Positions 6,870 to 9,945 of a DNA stretch of 9,945 nt are shown here, piece by piece; positions within the stretch are counted from its first letter, which is position 1, and each line of letters starts with the position of its first letter. A program made the translations under genes and the position numbers. This DNA is from an uncultured Gammaproteobacteria bacterium (GTDB taxonomy: Bacteria; Patescibacteriota; Patescibacteriia; UBA2591; UBA6264), in NCBI GenBank assembly GCA_964507075.1, contig CAZDOL010000012.1, forward strand, positions 2,433 to 12,377, read 5' to 3'. The notes beneath the pieces are model-generated. The model made no database searches. It was not told the DNA's origin and worked only from the letters and a program-made list of their open reading frames with translations.

Positions 6870-8693
6870 ATGGCTAATGACGTAGAAGAAATAAAATCAA
6901 AGCTTGATATTGTGGAGCTTATCTCTGAATATGTGCAATTAAAAGCTAGTGGCGCTAATTTTAGGGGATTATGCCCTTTTCATAATGAAAAAACGCCATC
7001 TTTTTTTGTTTCTCCAGAGCGGCAGATTTGGCATTGCTTCGGTTGCGGTAAAGGAGGTGATATATTCGGTTTTATTCAAGAAATAGAAGGAGTTGATTTT
7101 CCAGAGGCCTTGAGGATTTTAGCCGAGAAAGCAGGTGTACAAATCAAAAGCTATGATAGTCATAATATTAGTCAGCGCACTAAATTATTAGACATTTCCA
7201 GTTTAAGCGCCAAATTTTATCATAAGATTTTATTAGAATCTCCTTTGGCTGAATCTACCAGAAAATATCTTCAAAAAAGAGGGATTAAAAAAGAAACTAT
7301 TTCTGAATTTCAATTAGGATTTAGCCCTGATAAATGGGACACTCTTTTAAAATTTTTACTTAAGAGAGGATACAAAGAACAAGAGATTGAATCAGCTGGA
7401 TTGATTATTAGAAAACAGCAGGGGTCTGGCTATTACGATCGTTTCCGTAATCGCCTCATGTTTCCCATTGGAAATACGCATGGTCAGACAGTTGGGTTCA
7501 CTGCTAGGATTTTACCACTGAAAGAAAAATCTAAGGACAAGCAGAACGATGAAGAAAAGGTTGCCAAATATATAAATACTCCGGAAACAGAAATTTATAA
7601 TAAAAGCCAAATTCTTTATGGTTTAGATAAAGCTAAATTGGAAGCCAAGCTGCAAAATTATTTTATTTTAGTAGAAGGAAATATGGATGTTTTGTCTTGC
7701 TATCAGTCAGAGAATAAAAATACAGTTTGTACTTCTGGCACGGCCCTAACAATGGAGCAAGTTAAATTATTAAAACGCTACACCCCTAATATTTCTTTGG
7801 CCTTTGATATTGATCCTGCTGGGCAGACAGCAACCAAGAGGGGAATAGATATGTTATTAAACCAAGGATTGAACGTCAGAATAATTGACTTAAAGGGCCA
7901 TAAAGATCCAGATGAATTTATTCAAAAAAATTCTAAAGAATGGATTAAATCCTTAAAAGACCCAATGCCAATTATGGAATACTATTTTTCCTCTGCATTC
8001 AATAAATATAAGAAAAACAAAGAATCTTTAACCATTGAAGCTAAAAAAGAAATTACCAAGAATTTTTTGCCAGTAATAGCTAAATTGGGGGATTCTGTTG
8101 AACAAGGTTTGTGGACAAGAAGGTTGGCTGACGAATTATCAGTTTCTGAGGTTTTTTTACTTGATGCTTTAAAAAAAATTAAAGTACCGAAAGTTTATAA
8201 CGCCAATGAGACAAAGAAAAAAGATATTAGTATGGAGAAAATTTCAATAGAGCAACAGGCAGCAGAAAGGTTATTAGGTCTTATTCTAAAATATCCAAAA
8301 TTAGGAGGAGATTTTTTAAAAGAGCAAAGTTTACCTTTAGATATATTTCCTTCTATTCAAACACAGAATATTGCTAAGCTTATTAGAGATTATTATAGTC
8401 GTCAAAAGAATATTGATACTAAAAAGATAAAAAGCAAGATAAAGGAAATGGAGTTAGTAAACTATTATGACCTTCTCTTGTTTTTAGTAGAAAAAGAATT
8501 TAGCGAAAGCAGTTTATTAGAGATTACCCAAGATATTTCTTCTTTTTTCTTTATTTTGAAGAAAAAGTATTTAAAAAATAAGATGCAAGAATCTTTAACG
8601 GAATTAAAAGAAGCAGAAAAAAATAAAAATAAGAGTTTAATTGAAAAAATAAGTAAAGAAATAACAAAATTATCTCGTGATTTAGCTGATTAA
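6870..8693 (+). CDS. dnaG: DNA primase
   Basis: 607-aa ORF with the CHC2 zinc-finger [34 protein letters not shown]. It also has RNA-polymerase core blocks ([23 protein letters not shown]) and the TOPRIM motifs LVEGNMDVL and LAFDIDPAG. The C-terminal helical domain is divergent and Lys/Glu-rich. Confidence 0.93.
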   Translation: MANDVEEIKSKLDIVELISEYVQLKASGANFRGLCPFHNEKTPSFFVSPERQIWHCFGCGKGGDIFGFIQEIEGVDFPEALRILAEKAGVQIKSYDSHNISQRTKLLDISSLSAKFYHKILLESPLAESTRKYLQKRGIKKETISEFQLGFSPDKWDTLLKFLLKRGYKEQEIESAGLIIRKQQGSGYYDRFRNRLMFPIGNTHGQTVGFTARILPLKEKSKDKQNDEEKVAKYINTPETEIYNKSQILYGLDKAKLEAKLQNYFILVEGNMDVLSCYQSENKNTVCTSGTALTMEQVKLLKRYTPNISLAFDIDPAGQTATKRGIDMLLNQGLNVRIIDLKGHKDPDEFIQKNSKEWIKSLKDPMPIMEYYFSSAFNKYKKNKESLTIEAKKEITKNFLPVIAKLGDSVEQGLWTRRLADELSVSEVFLLDALKKIKVPKVYNANETKKKDISMEKISIEQQAAERLLGLILKYPKLGGDFLKEQSLPLDIFPSIQTQNIAKLIRDYYSRQKNIDTKKIKSKIKEMELVNYYDLLLFLVEKEFSESSLLEITQDISSFFFILKKKYLKNKMQESLTELKEAEKNKNKSLIEKISKEITKLSRDLAD

Positions 8694-8701
8694 TTAAAAA
8701 T

Positions 8702-9871
8702 ATGAAGAAGGCAACCCTTAGGAAGAAAGCAAAAAAAGTCAGTGTAGCTAAAAAAAATAATAAAAAAGTCGCTATTGAATTCAAAAGAGCGTCATGTTTT
8801 AAGTGGCCCGAAGAAGTTGCTCAAAAATTGATAGAAAAAGGCAAACAAAGAGGATTTATAACTCAAAATGAAATACTTTATGCTTTTCCAAGGATTGAAA
8901 AATCCTTAGTGGAATATGAAGAATTTTTAGAATCTCTTGAAAAAATAGGAATCCAAGTGATTGCATCCAAAAAAGATTTATTGGGTTCTGAAAAAGCAGA
9001 AGAAAAGAAAGAAGAATTATTTTTTGATTTGACTAAACTTTCGGCTGATTCTATCCAAATGTATCTTAAAGAGATTGGACATGTTCCTTTAATCAACTCA
9101 GAGGAAGAAGTGGCTTTAGCCAAGAAAAAGGATGAGGGGGACAAAAAATCAGGAATGAGATTAATAGAGGCAAATTTACGTTTAGTAGTAAGTATCGCTA
9201 AAAAATTTGTAGGTTATGGCTTAACTTTTTTAGACTTGATCCAGGAAGGAAATATTGGTTTATTTAGGGCAGTAGAAAAATATGATTGGAAAAGGGGATA
9301 CAAGTTTTCTACTTATGCAACTTGGTGGATTAGACAAGCAATTATTAGGTCTTTAGCAGATCAATCTCGTACCATTCGTATTCCAGTTCATGTAGTTGAG
9401 ATTCTTGGTAAATTTCACAGGGCTGATCGTTACTTATTACAAGAATTAGGGCGTCATCCCTCTCCAGAAGAGATAGCTGCTGAATTAGAAATTGAAACTG
9501 GAGAAGCTAGATATTTAATGAAAATTTCTCAGGATGTTATTTCTTTAGAAACAACTATTGGAGGAGATGATGATGGCAAAGAATCAGAATTGGTTGATTT
9601 TATAGAAGACATTAAGACTATGGCCCCCGATAGAGCTGCAGCCTTGATGTTATTGCGTAAATATATTAAGGAAATTGTGGTTGATCTTTCCACGCGAGAA
9701 CAGAAGATTTTAGATATTAGGTTTGGATTAACAGATGGAGTAGCTCATACATTAGAAGAGGTCGGCCAAGTTTTCGGCGTTACCAGAGAAAGAATTAGGC
9801 AGATTGAGGCTCGGGCATTAGAAAGAATTAGGCAACTAAAAGGAATCCAAAAGATTGAAGATTATTACTAA
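8702..9871 (+). CDS. rpoD: RNA polymerase primary sigma factor (sigma-70 family, group 1)
   Basis: 389-aa ORF starting 8 nt after the dnaG stop. It has region 1.2 [25 protein letters not shown]. Region 2 is [10 protein letters not shown]...[39 protein letters not shown], followed by RTIRIPVH. Region 4.2 is [24 protein letters not shown]. The dnaG-rpoD adjacency is the classic arrangement. Confidence 0.93.
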   Translation: MKKATLRKKAKKVSVAKKNNKKVAIEFKRASCFKWPEEVAQKLIEKGKQRGFITQNEILYAFPRIEKSLVEYEEFLESLEKIGIQVIASKKDLLGSEKAEEKKEELFFDLTKLSADSIQMYLKEIGHVPLINSEEEVALAKKKDEGDKKSGMRLIEANLRLVVSIAKKFVGYGLTFLDLIQEGNIGLFRAVEKYDWKRGYKFSTYATWWIRQAIIRSLADQSRTIRIPVHVVEILGKFHRADRYLLQELGRHPSPEEIAAELEIETGEARYLMKISQDVISLETTIGGDDDGKESELVDFIEDIKTMAPDRAAALMLLRKYIKEIVVDLSTREQKILDIRFGLTDGVAHTLEEVGQVFGVTRERIRQIEARALERIRQLKGIQKIEDYY

Positions 9872-9898
9872 AAAGGAATTTTACTTTTTGGAGTTTTT
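9868..9898 (+). terminator. Weak AU-rich hairpin plus T-run after rpoD (candidate intrinsic terminator)
   Basis: CTAAAAAG-gaatttta-CTTTTTGG forms 8 bp including one G.U pair, followed by AGTTTTTGTG. The stem is AT-rich and overlaps the TAA stop, so stability is low. Confidence 0.3.
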
Positions 9899-9933
9899 GT
9901 GTTAAGATAATTTTTAATTAAAATATAATACAA

Positions 9934-9945
9934 TCCGGAGTAGCT
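9934..9945 (+). tRNA. Probable 5' end of a tRNA gene truncated by the window edge
   Basis: TCCGGAG-TA-GCT matches a 7-nt acceptor arm, positions 8-9 (UA), and the start of the common GCTC D-stem (as in ...GTAGCTCAG...). A consensus TATAAT (9924-9929) lies 4 nt upstream. Identity cannot be determined from 12 nt. Confidence 0.3.

Noticed and set aside
8551-8784. 77-aa minus-strand ORF spanning the dnaG/rpoD junction.
   Set aside because: Its Phe/Leu-rich translation is what the reverse complement of Lys/Glu-rich (AAA/GAA) coding sequence produces. It is an artefact of composition.
8878-9144. 88-aa minus-strand ORF inside rpoD.
   Set aside because: It is antisense to conserved sigma-70 regions 1.1 and 1.2 and has no independent evidence.
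1-9945. Possible alternative genetic code (UGA recoding), because none of the 8 CDSs ends in TGA (6 TAA, 2 TAG).
   Set aside because: All conserved proteins are full-length and alignable under the standard code with no in-frame TGA. Avoidance of TGA stops is expected in an AT-rich genome, and 8 genes cannot support a recoding claim.
1-9945. Search for CRISPR repeats, IS elements or transposases, integrases, toxin-antitoxin pairs or known defence genes.
   Set aside because: I saw no regularly spaced repeats and no ORF with recognisable transposase, integrase, Cas or toxin motifs. The window is dominated by housekeeping genes.

Overview
The window is AT-rich (roughly 30-33% G+C by eye) and compact, and every supported gene lies on the + strand. 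In order, it contains: RNase J, a small DUF4870-like membrane protein, a LabA-like NYN-domain protein, PEP synthase (ppsA), a membrane-anchored class I SAM methyltransferase, tRNA-Ser(GGA), a compositionally atypical hypothetical ORF, DNA primase (dnaG), and the primary sigma factor (rpoD). The last 12 nt look like the 5' end of another tRNA. Composition, gene density and gene content resemble a small-genome bacterium such as Patescibacteria/CPR, but this is inference and cannot be verified here. I found no CRISPR array, transposase, integrase or recognisable defence or biosynthetic multi-gene system, so this is mostly a housekeeping region. The most unusual element is the ORF at 6081-6779, directly 3' of tRNA-Ser. 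It has about 40% G+C against about 30% in the flanks. It has a small protein-kinase-like layout in which the catalytic HGD...N motif is replaced. It sits where rpsU normally precedes dnaG-rpoD. Lesser observations are a structured, GC-enriched intergenic region upstream of ppsA, a tRNA starting 2 nt after a stop codon, near-universal absence of Shine-Dalgarno motifs, a strongly basic N-terminal tail on RpoD, and a FAM173-like membrane-anchored methyltransferase.
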